NCBI GenBank assembly: GCA_964528565.1
Contig: CAZGSP010000039.1
Span: 10,411 to 74,410, forward strand
Direction: 5' to 3'
Origin: an uncultured Pseudomonadales bacterium
Lineage (GTDB): Bacteria > Patescibacteriota > Microgenomatia > UBA1400 > MFAQ01
Length of the DNA: 64,000 bases
Numbering within the stretch: position 1 is the first letter of the stretch; the number at the start of each line of letters is the position of its first letter. A program made the position numbers and the translations under genes. Under the pieces are notes generated by a model that did not search any database, was not told where the DNA came from, and saw only the letters and a list, made by a program, of their open reading frames with translations. Shown piece by piece: positions 18,507 to 27,854 of the stretch.

Positions 18507-20342
18507 TCATCCATGTTGAGATAGCCAGTAGTTGACGGCGAATATTCTTAGTAATTTGAATTGGTTGTCTTGAAGACCACCCATGTGGTCACCGTATAGC
18601 TTGTTAACGTATTTTTGATTGAATACATTATTTTTTTGATGAAGATAATAAGAAAAAGTTTCCTTTAGTTCTTTCTTTATCCATTTATCCAATGGTACCC
18701 CAAATCCCCTCTTGGGTCGGTAGATGAATTCCTTGGGATAGAATCTTTCAGCCAATTTCTTGGTTAGATATTTGGTGACACCATCTTTAATTTTCCAGTT
18801 TCCGCCTAAGGAGAATGCGTATTCGGCCAGGTCAGTGTCCAAAAACGGATTTCTCATCTCGACCGAAGCGGCCATACAAGCCCGGTCTCCTTTCACCAAA
18901 TACCAGTCAGGTAACTGAATCCGGCAATCCAAGTAAAGGCTTTTGTTAACTATGTCATTCTGTTCAAACTCGGTCTCAGCCAAATAGGCCTCCGAAAAGA
19001 CCTCTGCCACAGACAGTTTGTGATTAAACAATTGTTCGGCTTCTTCTCTCATAAAACTGCCGCTGCCGAAAATGAACTGCCTTTCGGGAAATTGGTATTG
19101 ATAGCCAGATAATAGTTTGTTGATATTTGGGCTGATTGACATGCGACCCAGCAAATATGCAAGTGGTTTGAGATACTTAGTTCTTTCGATCAAGGACTGT
19201 GCCCTGTATTTTTCGTATCCTCCGAAGATCTCATCCCCACCGTCGCCGCTCAGGACCACCGTCATATCCTTCTTGGCCTGTTTAGCTACAAAGTACAGCG
19301 GTACGACGGCAGCATCCGCCAAAGGCTCATCTAGATAATCCATGATCTCTAAGAAAGTTGCCTGAACATCTTTTCCACTGAATTCACACAGATGATAATC
19401 TAAATCGTATTGGTCGACCACTTGCCTCACATGTTTTGATTCATCTGCCTCCGGGGTGTCTTTGTAGCTTACCGTGTAGGTACAGATATTTGAGGCATGT
19501 TTGGACATATAATGGGCAATCAGACTACTGTCGATGCCTCCACTTAAGAACAAACCCAACGGGACATCAGACATCAATCTCTTTTCCACAGCACTGTCCA
19601 GAAGCCGATCAATCTTGTTAACTATTTCAGTTTCACCCAGTTGGCCGACAGTTTTGATTTGACCAAGATCCCAATATCTTTTTTTGTTGGTTAGTTTCCA
19701 GTTTCTTATATCAAATTGTATGGTGGTAGCAGCCTCAAGTTTAAAAATGTTTTTATAGATAGTTTCCGGGGAAGGAATATATCCATAAAAAATAAATTTT
19801 TCGATGGCCTGATAGTTTATAGACACTTTCTTACTAATTTGAGGATTCGAGACGATTGCTTTCAACTCTGAGGCGAAGCAGAAGGTACTATCATCGAGAT
19901 AATAATAGAGAGGTTTCTTGCCAAATCTGTCCCTGCCTAGAGTAATTAGGTCCTTCGTTTGATCGTACAATCCGAATGCAAACATACCGTCAATACGCTT
20001 GACGATTTCTTGCCCATATTCTTCGTAACCATGGATTATAGATTCGGTGTCAGAGACGCTATTCCACGTGTGTTTTCTTTTTAGCGACTTCTTTACATGT
20101 AAGAAATTGTAGATTTCGCCATTGAAAACTATGGCAATCGTTTTGTCTTCATTGAACATGGGTTGTCTGCCATTTTCAGATAGATCGACGATTGATAACC
20201 TGGTTTGCCCCAGAGCAATATTACGGGAAAAGTATTGACCTTTCTGGTCCGGACCACGTCTACCGAGAGACGAGAGCATTTTCTCAAAAACATGAGGATC
20301 TACTTTGTTCTTATTGTTAACTTGTCCAACAATTCCGCACAT
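18507..20342 (-). CDS. asnB: Asparagine synthase (glutamine-hydrolysing) family amidotransferase.
   Basis: N-terminal MCGIVGQV has the class-II glutamine amidotransferase Cys2 nucleophile. PP-loop SGGIDSS. 611 aa. Confidence 0.8.
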   Translation of the reverse strand: MCGIVGQVNNKNKVDPHVFEKMLSSLGRRGPDQKGQYFSRNIALGQTRLSIVDLSENGRQPMFNEDKTIAIVFNGEIYNFLHVKKSLKRKHTWNSVSDTESIIHGYEEYGQEIVKRIDGMFAFGLYDQTKDLITLGRDRFGKKPLYYYLDDSTFCFASELKAIVSNPQISKKVSINYQAIEKFIFYGYIPSPETIYKNIFKLEAATTIQFDIRNWKLTNKKRYWDLGQIKTVGQLGETEIVNKIDRLLDSAVEKRLMSDVPLGLFLSGGIDSSLIAHYMSKHASNICTYTVSYKDTPEADESKHVRQVVDQYDLDYHLCEFSGKDVQATFLEIMDYLDEPLADAAVVPLYFVAKQAKKDMTVVLSGDGGDEIFGGYEKYRAQSLIERTKYLKPLAYLLGRMSISPNINKLLSGYQYQFPERQFIFGSGSFMREEAEQLFNHKLSVAEVFSEAYLAETEFEQNDIVNKSLYLDCRIQLPDWYLVKGDRACMAASVEMRNPFLDTDLAEYAFSLGGNWKIKDGVTKYLTKKLAERFYPKEFIYRPKRGFGVPLDKWIKKELKETFSYYLHQKNNVFNQKYVNKLYGDHMGGLQDNQFKLLRIFAVNYWLSQHG

Positions 20343-20350
20343 ATTTTTGT

Positions 20351-21265
20351 TTATTCGTGAAACGACCAGTTTAATTTACCGGTTATTAAATACGTTATTC
20401 CATCGAGAAAACCAAGCCAGTAAAGTTTGATCAAACTGAAATTTAGTTTTTTAAGAACCAGAAGCGAGTAGACTACCGGCCAGAACCAAGAAAAAATGAT
20501 TAGATAAACAGCCTTTTGCGTCAAACTTCCATACCTGGAAACTATCACGGTCCGATTCCTCATCAGACAGTAGGCCTTTTGTCTAAACATTCCACCCAGG
20601 CTCCTGGGTTTGAAATTATCCTCTTTACTGGTTTGATGATATGTTTTGGCGCTTTTGAGAATGACACAGCCAATACCGTGTTTCTTGGCATTGAGAGCGA
20701 AGTCCGGCTCAGTAAACGTTTGAACCAGTTGTTCATCAAAGTATCCGCATTTTTCGAATACGGATTTTTTAATTAAAAATACATTTGGCACTCCATCGGA
20801 GTTGCAGGTATGACTTCTGGTGTTGTCGACATGACCGGTTGTTTTGCCGGTATAGAAATTTATCTTTTGAAAATCCAGATACTTTTCGCCGTTTGAATAG
20901 TACATCGATGGTCCGATAATGCCGATCTTAGGATGTTCGTTGGCAAATCCAACTAAATTCTTTATCATTTCTCTATCCACAATATTATCGTCATCAACAA
21001 AGAGAATCAGCTCACCTTTGGCTTTCTTAGCGCCTTCATTGCGACTTTTGACCATCATATACTGTTCACGATTGTGGACGATGGTGCCGGGAATGGAAAA
21101 TTGTTTTAATGTAGCACCAGAAATGCTCCTGGTTTTGTCCGAAGAAAAATCGTCGACTATGATCAGTTCAGTTTGAGTGGGTAGTGAGGACAGGGATAAT
21201 GATTTTACACACCGTATTAGATCTTCATAGCGATTCCTGGTAGTGATGACAATGCTGAGTGTCAT
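20351..21265 (-). CDS. Glycosyltransferase family 2.
   Basis: LSIVITTRNRYEDLIRCVKSL … ELIIVDDFSSDKT … ILFVDDDNIV. Confidence 0.7.
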   Translation of the reverse strand: MTLSIVITTRNRYEDLIRCVKSLSLSSLPTQTELIIVDDFSSDKTRSISGATLKQFSIPGTIVHNREQYMMVKSRNEGAKKAKGELILFVDDDNIVDREMIKNLVGFANEHPKIGIIGPSMYYSNGEKYLDFQKINFYTGKTTGHVDNTRSHTCNSDGVPNVFLIKKSVFEKCGYFDEQLVQTFTEPDFALNAKKHGIGCVILKSAKTYHQTSKEDNFKPRSLGGMFRQKAYCLMRNRTVIVSRYGSLTQKAVYLIIFSWFWPVVYSLLVLKKLNFSLIKLYWLGFLDGITYLITGKLNWSFHE

Positions 21266-22194
21266 TTGGTAGCAATTACCTTGACCATCGGCCAGAACAA
21301 ACGGCTGTTTTCTGCCAGCCAGATAAAGATTGGCCTTATTTGTTTTGGTAAAAATGAGAACTGAAGGGCAATTTTGAACCTGTCGACTGTCACTTTTTTG
21401 AATCCAACGGCTCTATGAACCTTAACCAAGGTAGACGCCAAAAAAGACATCTCGTATCCAAATATCATATGAGTGCCCTTGAGTACTTTGATATGAATAA
21501 ACTCGGCTAGTTGCTTTAGAACCGGAACATTGGGTATATTGCCCCACAGTTGTCGATAGGTCAATGACGCCAAGTTCAGGTACGGGACGGTGTTAATGGC
21601 AAGACCACGAGGTTTTAAGACCCGATACATTTCTTGAACCGATCCCTTGGTGTCTTTGAAATGCTCGATCACTCCACCTCCGTAAATTACGTCTATCGAA
21701 TTATTTTTGATGGGTAAATGCAGGATGTTTCCCTGAATTAGAATAAAATTTTTGATTTTCCGGTCGGAAAGCATTTTTTCGGCAATCTGAAGCGCAGAGA
21801 GACTGAGATCGATGCCAACAATTTGTTTATAGAGTGGAGCAAGTTCCTGGCCAAGAAAAAAATTTCCGCAGCCTATTTCAAGATAAATGTGGTTTTTTTG
21901 GTTATGCAGGTCGAGCGGGAACACATTAAGGACATCCTTTAAATAGTGTCTTTGGTAATAACGGTGTTCGGCCTTGTATTTTTTTTCTGTGTTTTGTCCC
22001 TTATAAAAGTCGTCCCACTTTTCTGAAGATAGAATTAAATCTTGACTTAATGTATCGGCGAAGGAGTAAATGTTTCCTATTTTTTTACCCAAAACTGACC
22101 CACATTTGTCACAAACAATGTGCAATTTGTTATTGATATTGACATATCCATGACACAATGGGCAACTTAAAATCTCCTTAATAGGTGCGGACAT
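21262..22194 (-). CDS. Class I SAM-dependent methyltransferase with an N-terminal Trm112-like zinc ribbon.
   Basis: LSCPLCHGY…CDKCGS ribbon. Motif I YLEIGCGNFFLGQELA … IVGIDLS. Confidence 0.6.
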   Translation of the reverse strand: MSAPIKEILSCPLCHGYVNINNKLHIVCDKCGSVLGKKIGNIYSFADTLSQDLILSSEKWDDFYKGQNTEKKYKAEHRYYQRHYLKDVLNVFPLDLHNQKNHIYLEIGCGNFFLGQELAPLYKQIVGIDLSLSALQIAEKMLSDRKIKNFILIQGNILHLPIKNNSIDVIYGGGVIEHFKDTKGSVQEMYRVLKPRGLAINTVPYLNLASLTYRQLWGNIPNVPVLKQLAEFIHIKVLKGTHMIFGYEMSFLASTLVKVHRAVGFKKVTVDRFKIALQFSFLPKQIRPIFIWLAENSRLFWPMVKVIATK

Positions 22195-22894
22195 CTTTAA
22201 AAATCGAGTTTAAGCCGTTGTTAATAACTAATTTGTATTCCTGTGAAACTAAGAGCTTTTTAATTTCTGAATTTTCATTTGTATTGTTTTGTGTTACATT
22301 TTCGACACAAATTACTTCCGGCCTGTATTTTTCCCAGTCGTTGCTCTTCAGTATGATCACATCATAACCCTCGGTATCTATCGTCAGAAAATCAATGTTT
22401 CTGACGTTGAACTTTTTAAGTAAATTTTTCAGAGGCAATGTGTCGATTTTCTTGATGGATTCAATATCAAAACCCTGTTTAACATAGTTGTCAGCTTCCT
22501 TTTTCGAAAAAGTCGAGAGAGTGTCGGTGTGGAAATTATAAAAAGATAGTTTTTCTTTGGTGTCGCTAATGCCTACGTTAATGTTCGTATCTTCAGGCCT
22601 TATCCTTTTTAATCTTTCAAACTTCTTGGTATTTGGCTCAACATTAATTCCCCTCCACCCTTTGAGATAAAATCTGTAAGTGTTATTAAATCTAACAGGG
22701 TCGTTAGCCCCAATGTCAACGAAGAAGCCTTTGGTTTTATATCCGTGCAGTTTATCGACAATTAGATCTTCTTGCTGTTGACTGTATGAACCGAGTACGA
22801 ATCTGTAAAAGACGATATATTTTATTTCGCTAATCAGGTACCGGAAGCTCTTTAGCAGACCATAATTAATAATCTTTTTAATTGTGTTTTTCAT
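22178..22894 (-). CDS. FkbM-family methyltransferase.
   Basis: FFVDIGANDPVRFNNTYRFYLKGWRGINVEPN is the FkbM signature (V-D-I-G-A-N … E-P). Confidence 0.55.
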   Translation of the reverse strand: MKNTIKKIINYGLLKSFRYLISEIKYIVFYRFVLGSYSQQQEDLIVDKLHGYKTKGFFVDIGANDPVRFNNTYRFYLKGWRGINVEPNTKKFERLKRIRPEDTNINVGISDTKEKLSFYNFHTDTLSTFSKKEADNYVKQGFDIESIKKIDTLPLKNLLKKFNVRNIDFLTIDTEGYDVIILKSNDWEKYRPEVICVENVTQNNTNENSEIKKLLVSQEYKLVINNGLNSIFKDVRTY

Positions 22895-24032
22895 TTAGCG
22901 CTTGTGGGAATATCTGTCTCCAGGAGAGTGATTTGGCGTATGTAATTGTGTTTTGGCTTAAACTTTTTAACTTTGTTTTATCTATTAGAATATCAACAAT
23001 ATCTTTACTCAAGTCGTTTCTTATTATAGCTCCACAACTGTTGTTTTCTATCTCTTTTGCATTATACGGAACGTCCGATACAAGTACGGGTAAACCACAG
23101 GCCATATAGAGCTTTAACTTGGCCGGATCGGCAAAATATGTAAAGGAGAGGTGTCCTTTGTCGTCGTACTTTTCGTAGGGTGCGATGGCTAGAGAGTACT
23201 GCGGGAGTTGAGCCTCAATATCTTTGTGATCTTTAATATACCCTTTGAACTCTACAAATTTGGATACATTTAGATTAACGGAGAGATCCTTTAGGGTATC
23301 CAGGTAGTCTCCCCCGCCAAAGACAACAAACTTGAAGTTGGGTATTTTTTTGATTATTGTTGGGATCACTTCTATGACGTCTTGAATTCCTTGCTTCTTG
23401 GTGATGTGGCCCATGAAAACGAGTGAATTAGGAATTTTAGTAACATTCTGATTGATGCGTTCGGTCCAAACACCGACCGGTACAACTTTCTGATGCCCAC
23501 CCGTGAAACCAAAGTATTTCCTCCTCCCCCATTCCATACGAGGTGAGAGATTCCAGGTTTCATCGGCGTGTCTGACACAGAACTGATCTATTTGATGGTA
23601 GATGTAGTTTAGGGCTTTGTTCTCGAAACGGTAGGGGTTGTAGTCAATGACATAATAAATAACCTTCTTTACATGTCCCCGCTTTTTAAGAAATATGCCG
23701 GATAAAGCATTGAGATTGTCGCTACCCACGAACAAATCCCATTTTCTCCCCGTCTGTCCTACCCACTTTATGGTTAGCCAAATATCTTTTAAGTAGGAAA
23801 AAATTGCCGGTGTCTTCTTGATAGGTGCATAGTTTTCTTCCGTAAGCTTACCATTCCGGTATCTTTCACAGCCTGACCCCTTGAGTTTCATGTCAAAAAA
23901 TAGTGGGTGGCCGATAAACAAAAGATTCTCTATAGTCTCTCCGTTAAGGTAGTCCTTCAGATCCTGGGCCGGACCTGTTGTATAGACGTGTGTGGCTATA
24001 ACTACGGAAGCTAAGGTAAGTTTTCTGTTCAC
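22878..24032 (-). CDS. Glycosyltransferase family 4 (GT-B fold).
   Basis: The C-terminal domain has …FKFVVFGGGDYLDTL… and …MACGLPVLVSDV…, typical of GT4. The track start is a GTG. Confidence 0.7.
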   Translation of the reverse strand: MNRKLTLASVVIATHVYTTGPAQDLKDYLNGETIENLLFIGHPLFFDMKLKGSGCERYRNGKLTEENYAPIKKTPAIFSYLKDIWLTIKWVGQTGRKWDLFVGSDNLNALSGIFLKKRGHVKKVIYYVIDYNPYRFENKALNYIYHQIDQFCVRHADETWNLSPRMEWGRRKYFGFTGGHQKVVPVGVWTERINQNVTKIPNSLVFMGHITKKQGIQDVIEVIPTIIKKIPNFKFVVFGGGDYLDTLKDLSVNLNVSKFVEFKGYIKDHKDIEAQLPQYSLAIAPYEKYDDKGHLSFTYFADPAKLKLYMACGLPVLVSDVPYNAKEIENNSCGAIIRNDLSKDIVDILIDKTKLKSLSQNTITYAKSLSWRQIFPQALNEKHN

Positions 24033-24044
24033 GGTTGTTGGATC

Positions 24045-24980
24045 TTAGTTCTTGAAGTTGTTTAGGAACCAATCGTATTCTATACCGATTCCCTTTTCCT
24101 GTTCCATTTGAGGTTTCCAACCAAGCGAGAGAAGTTTAGAAACATCTAACAATTTTTTGGGGGTGCCGTCCGGTTTGGTTGAATCCCAAACTATTTTTCC
24201 TTTGAAACCGACGATTTTTTTGATAATTTGGGCAAGCTCTTTAATTTTGAGATCCACTCCGGTGCCAATGTTAATGATTTCTGAGCTATCATAATGCTCC
24301 ATAAGATAGACACAAGCGTCGGCCATATCATCGACGTAAAGAAATTCTCGATAGACGTTTCCCGTTCCCCACAAGACGACCTCTTTTTTATGCCCAATTT
24401 TGGCATCATGGAATTTACGAATTAAGGCAGGAAGGACGTGAGAGCTATCTAAATCAAAGTTGTCATGTGGTCCGTAAAGATTCGTAGGCATGACAGAAAT
24501 GAAATTAGTTCCATATTGCTCGTTGTAGCTTTGGCACATCTTGATACCTGCAATTTTGGCAATGGCATAAGCGTCGTTTGTCTCCTCTAGAGGGCCGGTC
24601 AATAAATATTCCTCTTTGATCGGCTGTGGAGCTAATTTTGGATAGATACAGGAACTTCCCAAGAACATCAGTTTTTTCACTTTATATTCCCAAGCGGAAT
24701 GGATTACATTATTCTGAATTTGAAGATTGTTATATATAAAATCTGCTTTTTTGGTTTTGTTTGCCATAATCCCCCCCACCAAAGCGGCTGCCAGAAATAC
24801 ATACTCAGGTTTTTCCTTTTTGAAGAACAACTCCACCTGTTCCGGCTTTTCTAAATCCAGTTCCGATCTTGTTTTGGTAATAATATTTGTATAACCCCGT
24901 CGCTTAAGGGATCGGACGATTGCCGTTCCCACCAATCCACTCTGGCCGCCGGCTACATAGATTTTTGCATTCTTGTTCAT
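24045..24980 (-). CDS. fcl: GDP-L-fucose synthase (GDP-4-keto-6-deoxy-D-mannose 3,5-epimerase/4-reductase).
   Basis: N-terminal KIYVAGGQSGLVGTAIVRSL Rossmann fold and overall collinearity with Fcl (…YNLGTG…). The track start (24992) is a TTG. The ATG at 24980 (MNKNAKIYVAGG…) gives a 1-nt overlap with the upstream GT2. Confidence 0.75.
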   Translation of the reverse strand: MNKNAKIYVAGGQSGLVGTAIVRSLKRRGYTNIITKTRSELDLEKPEQVELFFKKEKPEYVFLAAALVGGIMANKTKKADFIYNNLQIQNNVIHSAWEYKVKKLMFLGSSCIYPKLAPQPIKEEYLLTGPLEETNDAYAIAKIAGIKMCQSYNEQYGTNFISVMPTNLYGPHDNFDLDSSHVLPALIRKFHDAKIGHKKEVVLWGTGNVYREFLYVDDMADACVYLMEHYDSSEIINIGTGVDLKIKELAQIIKKIVGFKGKIVWDSTKPDGTPKKLLDVSKLLSLGWKPQMEQEKGIGIEYDWFLNNFKN

Positions 24981-25999
24981 TATTGTTTCCAATTATTACG
25001 ATTTGATTCAGCCGGAATAATTTTACCTCTTACCCACCCATAAATATATATAAATAGGGTAGCGTAACAGGCAATGGGGTGGAAGAACCACGCCAGGTCG
25101 GGTTTTCTAATGTACCCGATGACCATCTGGTAAAGTATGGGAAAAATCAGAATGCAAGAAAAGACGAACTTAAGAATACCTGTCATAAACGAACCTTCCC
25201 AATCGACATCCCTATTCTTCTTGGCTTTGTGAAAGGACATATCGTTGATCCTTCGGAGTTGTTTACGGAAAAACTTGGCGACGTCGTTTTCGACGAAGGT
25301 GTGAATGATGCCGGCCTCTACTTTGGCAATTTTGACGGCACCTTCCGAGCGGATGAGTTTTAGAAGAATATCGATGTCAAATAAATAATCTGAGTGCTTG
25401 GTGGCTTTTTGGAGATATTCTTTTCGAAAAATAGTGCCATTTGCACCGATAGTTGGTATTGGCTCGTGATCGAGGGTTACTTCCAGATAGCCACTTTTCT
25501 GTGCCTCAGGAAATTTAAGATCAGTCCAACGATTGGTAATATACGAAAAACGATCGTAGTTCCCAATGAAGAGACAAATTGGGTCGTTCATGCCCAATAA
25601 GGCAAAATAGCGTGTAAGGAGTGGATCTTGCCGGCGGTAGGTATAGCGAATTGGTTCGGAGACAATAATGCTCTGGTCGGTAAAAGGTTGCACCATATCG
25701 GAGAGCCAATGATTGTTGGGGAGAATATTGTCGGAATCGATAAGTGCTATCAGGTCGCCTTTGGCGGCTTTGACGGCCACAGCTTTTCCCGATTCGCCGG
25801 TTCTAAGTTTGTTTGGGATAACGGTCGCACGGTACTTTTTGGCTAAACTAACAGTATTGTCTGTCGACCCTCCGTCCCCTATCAGAATTTCTATTTTCGT
25901 TTTCGGATATTTTTGAATGGATATAGACCTCAGACACTTTTCCAGGACCATTCCGGAGTTGAGAGTAGGGATGACAATTGATATTGATGGCTGGTTCAT
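24980..25999 (-). CDS. Glycosyltransferase family 2 with C-terminal transmembrane helices (candidate ArnC/DPM1-like polyprenyl-phosphate glycosyltransferase).
   Basis: ISIVIPTLNSGMVLEKCL … IEILIGDGGSTDNT … LIALIDSDNIL, plus a hydrophobic C-terminus (…FVFSCILIFPILYQMVIGY…). Confidence 0.65.
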   Translation of the reverse strand: MNQPSISIVIPTLNSGMVLEKCLRSISIQKYPKTKIEILIGDGGSTDNTVSLAKKYRATVIPNKLRTGESGKAVAVKAAKGDLIALIDSDNILPNNHWLSDMVQPFTDQSIIVSEPIRYTYRRQDPLLTRYFALLGMNDPICLFIGNYDRFSYITNRWTDLKFPEAQKSGYLEVTLDHEPIPTIGANGTIFRKEYLQKATKHSDYLFDIDILLKLIRSEGAVKIAKVEAGIIHTFVENDVAKFFRKQLRRINDMSFHKAKKNRDVDWEGSFMTGILKFVFSCILIFPILYQMVIGYIRKPDLAWFFHPIACYATLFIYIYGWVRGKIIPAESNRNNWKQ

Positions 26000-26001
26000 G
26001 T

Positions 26002-27573
26002 TTAACTACTCAGGACATCTCCGTGTTGGCCAAGCTGTTTGGGTGAAAAGTCCATCATGTGACCGAGAAAGCGCCAGCCGGCCATGAAAAGGAATTTTAT
26101 ATCATCTAGATTTCTGATCTCGGTGATTTTTCTCATCATAAATTTTGGACTGAGAAAAGATTTATAGAGGTCTTGGGTTAGTTCCAACACCTGTTTCTCG
26201 GTAAGTGAAGATTTCATCACTGGCTTGCGCATGTCGTAGTCGTCGTAGTCTTCGGACAGAAGCCAGCCTTCTTTCTTGCATTCTTTCCATAGTGGAGTAC
26301 CGGGATAAGGAATTACTACAGTGGCTTGAAGTGTATCCACATAACCTTTTTCAAAACATTTCTTGGCCAGGTCAACAGTATTCCTGGCGTCCTCATATGT
26401 TTCCCAAGGGTACCCCATCATTATAGTAAGGTGAGGGTCTAGTCCACCCTTCTTGGCCATACGCACTCCCTCCTCTATTTGTTCGACCTTCAATCCCTTA
26501 TCCAAATGATCAAGGGTGTATTGGTTGGCGGATTCCATACCGTAAAGAATGAAACGGAAATTGGCCTTGCCCATAAGATCGTAATGCTCTTGCTTTAGGG
26601 CATTGAGACGCATATTGCAGCCGTAGACCACTTTCTTACTGTAGCCGGATTCAATCATCATGTTGCAAAAATCCATTAGAGGTTTGCCGATCATAAAAGT
26701 GCCGGCGTCATCAAAGATTTCTTTGACGTGATACTTGTCCACCACATATTTGACTTCATCAAATAATCTTTGTGGGGTAAACCTGCGGTATGAACCAACC
26801 GGGTTGATGGTGTGATCCCAAACACAGAAAGTGCAACGATTCCACCAACAGTCGCGACCGGAGTACATATAGGTAGCGGGGGTGTACTTGTAATTGCCGT
26901 TGTAAACAGAATAGAGTTCCCACTTGGTCAGGTTGCGGTCGACGAACGGAAGTTCGTTTAGATCGTGAGCGATGCTGGGTTTGCCGGAATTAGCATAGGC
27001 GGCTTTGCCTTTTCTCTTAATGGTTTCTGCCGGTTTTTGTTTGATCTTCTTGTCCCCCACTCTCCACCAGATACCGCCTTCCAGCTCCGTCCCCATGGTG
27101 AGGTGATCAAGCAGATTAACAATACCGAAATCATAATCGCCGCCGGTGATGAGGTAATCGACCTTGCTGTTATCCATCATTTCTTCAGGGGCAAAGGTAA
27201 CATGGTCCCCCACCCAGACCAAAAGTAATTTAGGGAGTTCTTTCTTGAGGATCCGGGTCAGAGCCCAGTGTTTTTTGACGATCGGAGACTTGGTTTCGAC
27301 CATGAGGATGTCCGGTTGGAATCTCTTCAGCTCCTTGAGCCACTGCTCAAATGTCTGCTCTTCGGCGATACCGTCCATCCATTTCACTTTGTAACCATGC
27401 GTCTTAGCATTTGAGGCCGCGTAGGCCGGAACCATAGGGTAGATGTAGGTCTTGGCGTTGAAATATTGGAACTGGCGGTTTTGAGACAAGAGCATGACTC
27501 CCTTGTCCGAGGGCATGGGTGGATAGCCGACGACTAAGCGTAATTGTTTTGATTTTGGGGATTTTTTTAACAT
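26002..27573 (-). CDS. B12-binding-domain radical SAM enzyme (second copy).
   Basis: Radical SAM motif RDCWWNRCTFCVWD and an N-terminal B12-binding-like region (…LLVWVGDHVTFAPEEM…). The track start at 27645 is a GTG and overlaps the ferredoxin ORF by 58 nt. The ATG at 27573 avoids that overlap. Confidence 0.75.
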   Translation of the reverse strand: MLKKSPKSKQLRLVVGYPPMPSDKGVMLLSQNRQFQYFNAKTYIYPMVPAYAASNAKTHGYKVKWMDGIAEEQTFEQWLKELKRFQPDILMVETKSPIVKKHWALTRILKKELPKLLLVWVGDHVTFAPEEMMDNSKVDYLITGGDYDFGIVNLLDHLTMGTELEGGIWWRVGDKKIKQKPAETIKRKGKAAYANSGKPSIAHDLNELPFVDRNLTKWELYSVYNGNYKYTPATYMYSGRDCWWNRCTFCVWDHTINPVGSYRRFTPQRLFDEVKYVVDKYHVKEIFDDAGTFMIGKPLMDFCNMMIESGYSKKVVYGCNMRLNALKQEHYDLMGKANFRFILYGMESANQYTLDHLDKGLKVEQIEEGVRMAKKGGLDPHLTIMMGYPWETYEDARNTVDLAKKCFEKGYVDTLQATVVIPYPGTPLWKECKKEGWLLSEDYDDYDMRKPVMKSSLTEKQVLELTQDLYKSFLSPKFMMRKITEIRNLDDIKFLFMAGWRFLGHMMDFSPKQLGQHGDVLSS

Positions 27574-27587
27574 TTGAGTTGGTTTAT

Positions 27588-27854
27588 CTAGGGGAAGATT
27601 TGCTTCCCGTTTTGGTCTTTTATAAATATAGCAAGAATGGGACACGATCTGGCGGCTTCTTTTACTTTCTCAAGAGAATCGCCATCCGGATCAATGATAA
27701 TGGCCTTGCCGTCCGAATCTCTTAGATAAAAGGTCAATGGAGCGGCAATAGAACATGGACCGGCCGATATGCATTTATTAAGATCTACCGTTATGGTATA
27801 GCCATCCTTACGAGTAGCCTCACTTTTATCTTCGGTGGTATTAACTTGGACCAT
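27588..27854 (-). CDS. Small ferredoxin-like iron-sulfur protein (single [4Fe-4S]/[3Fe-4S]-type).
   Basis: 88 aa. Contains DLNKCISAGPCSIAAP … DSLEKVKEAARSCPILAI, a Cys pattern (C-x-x-x-x-C…C-P) like mono-cluster ferredoxins. The ATG overlaps the upstream GT2 stop by 1 nt. Confidence 0.5.
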   Translation of the reverse strand: MVQVNTTEDKSEATRKDGYTITVDLNKCISAGPCSIAAPLTFYLRDSDGKAIIIDPDGDSLEKVKEAARSCPILAIFIKDQNGKQIFP

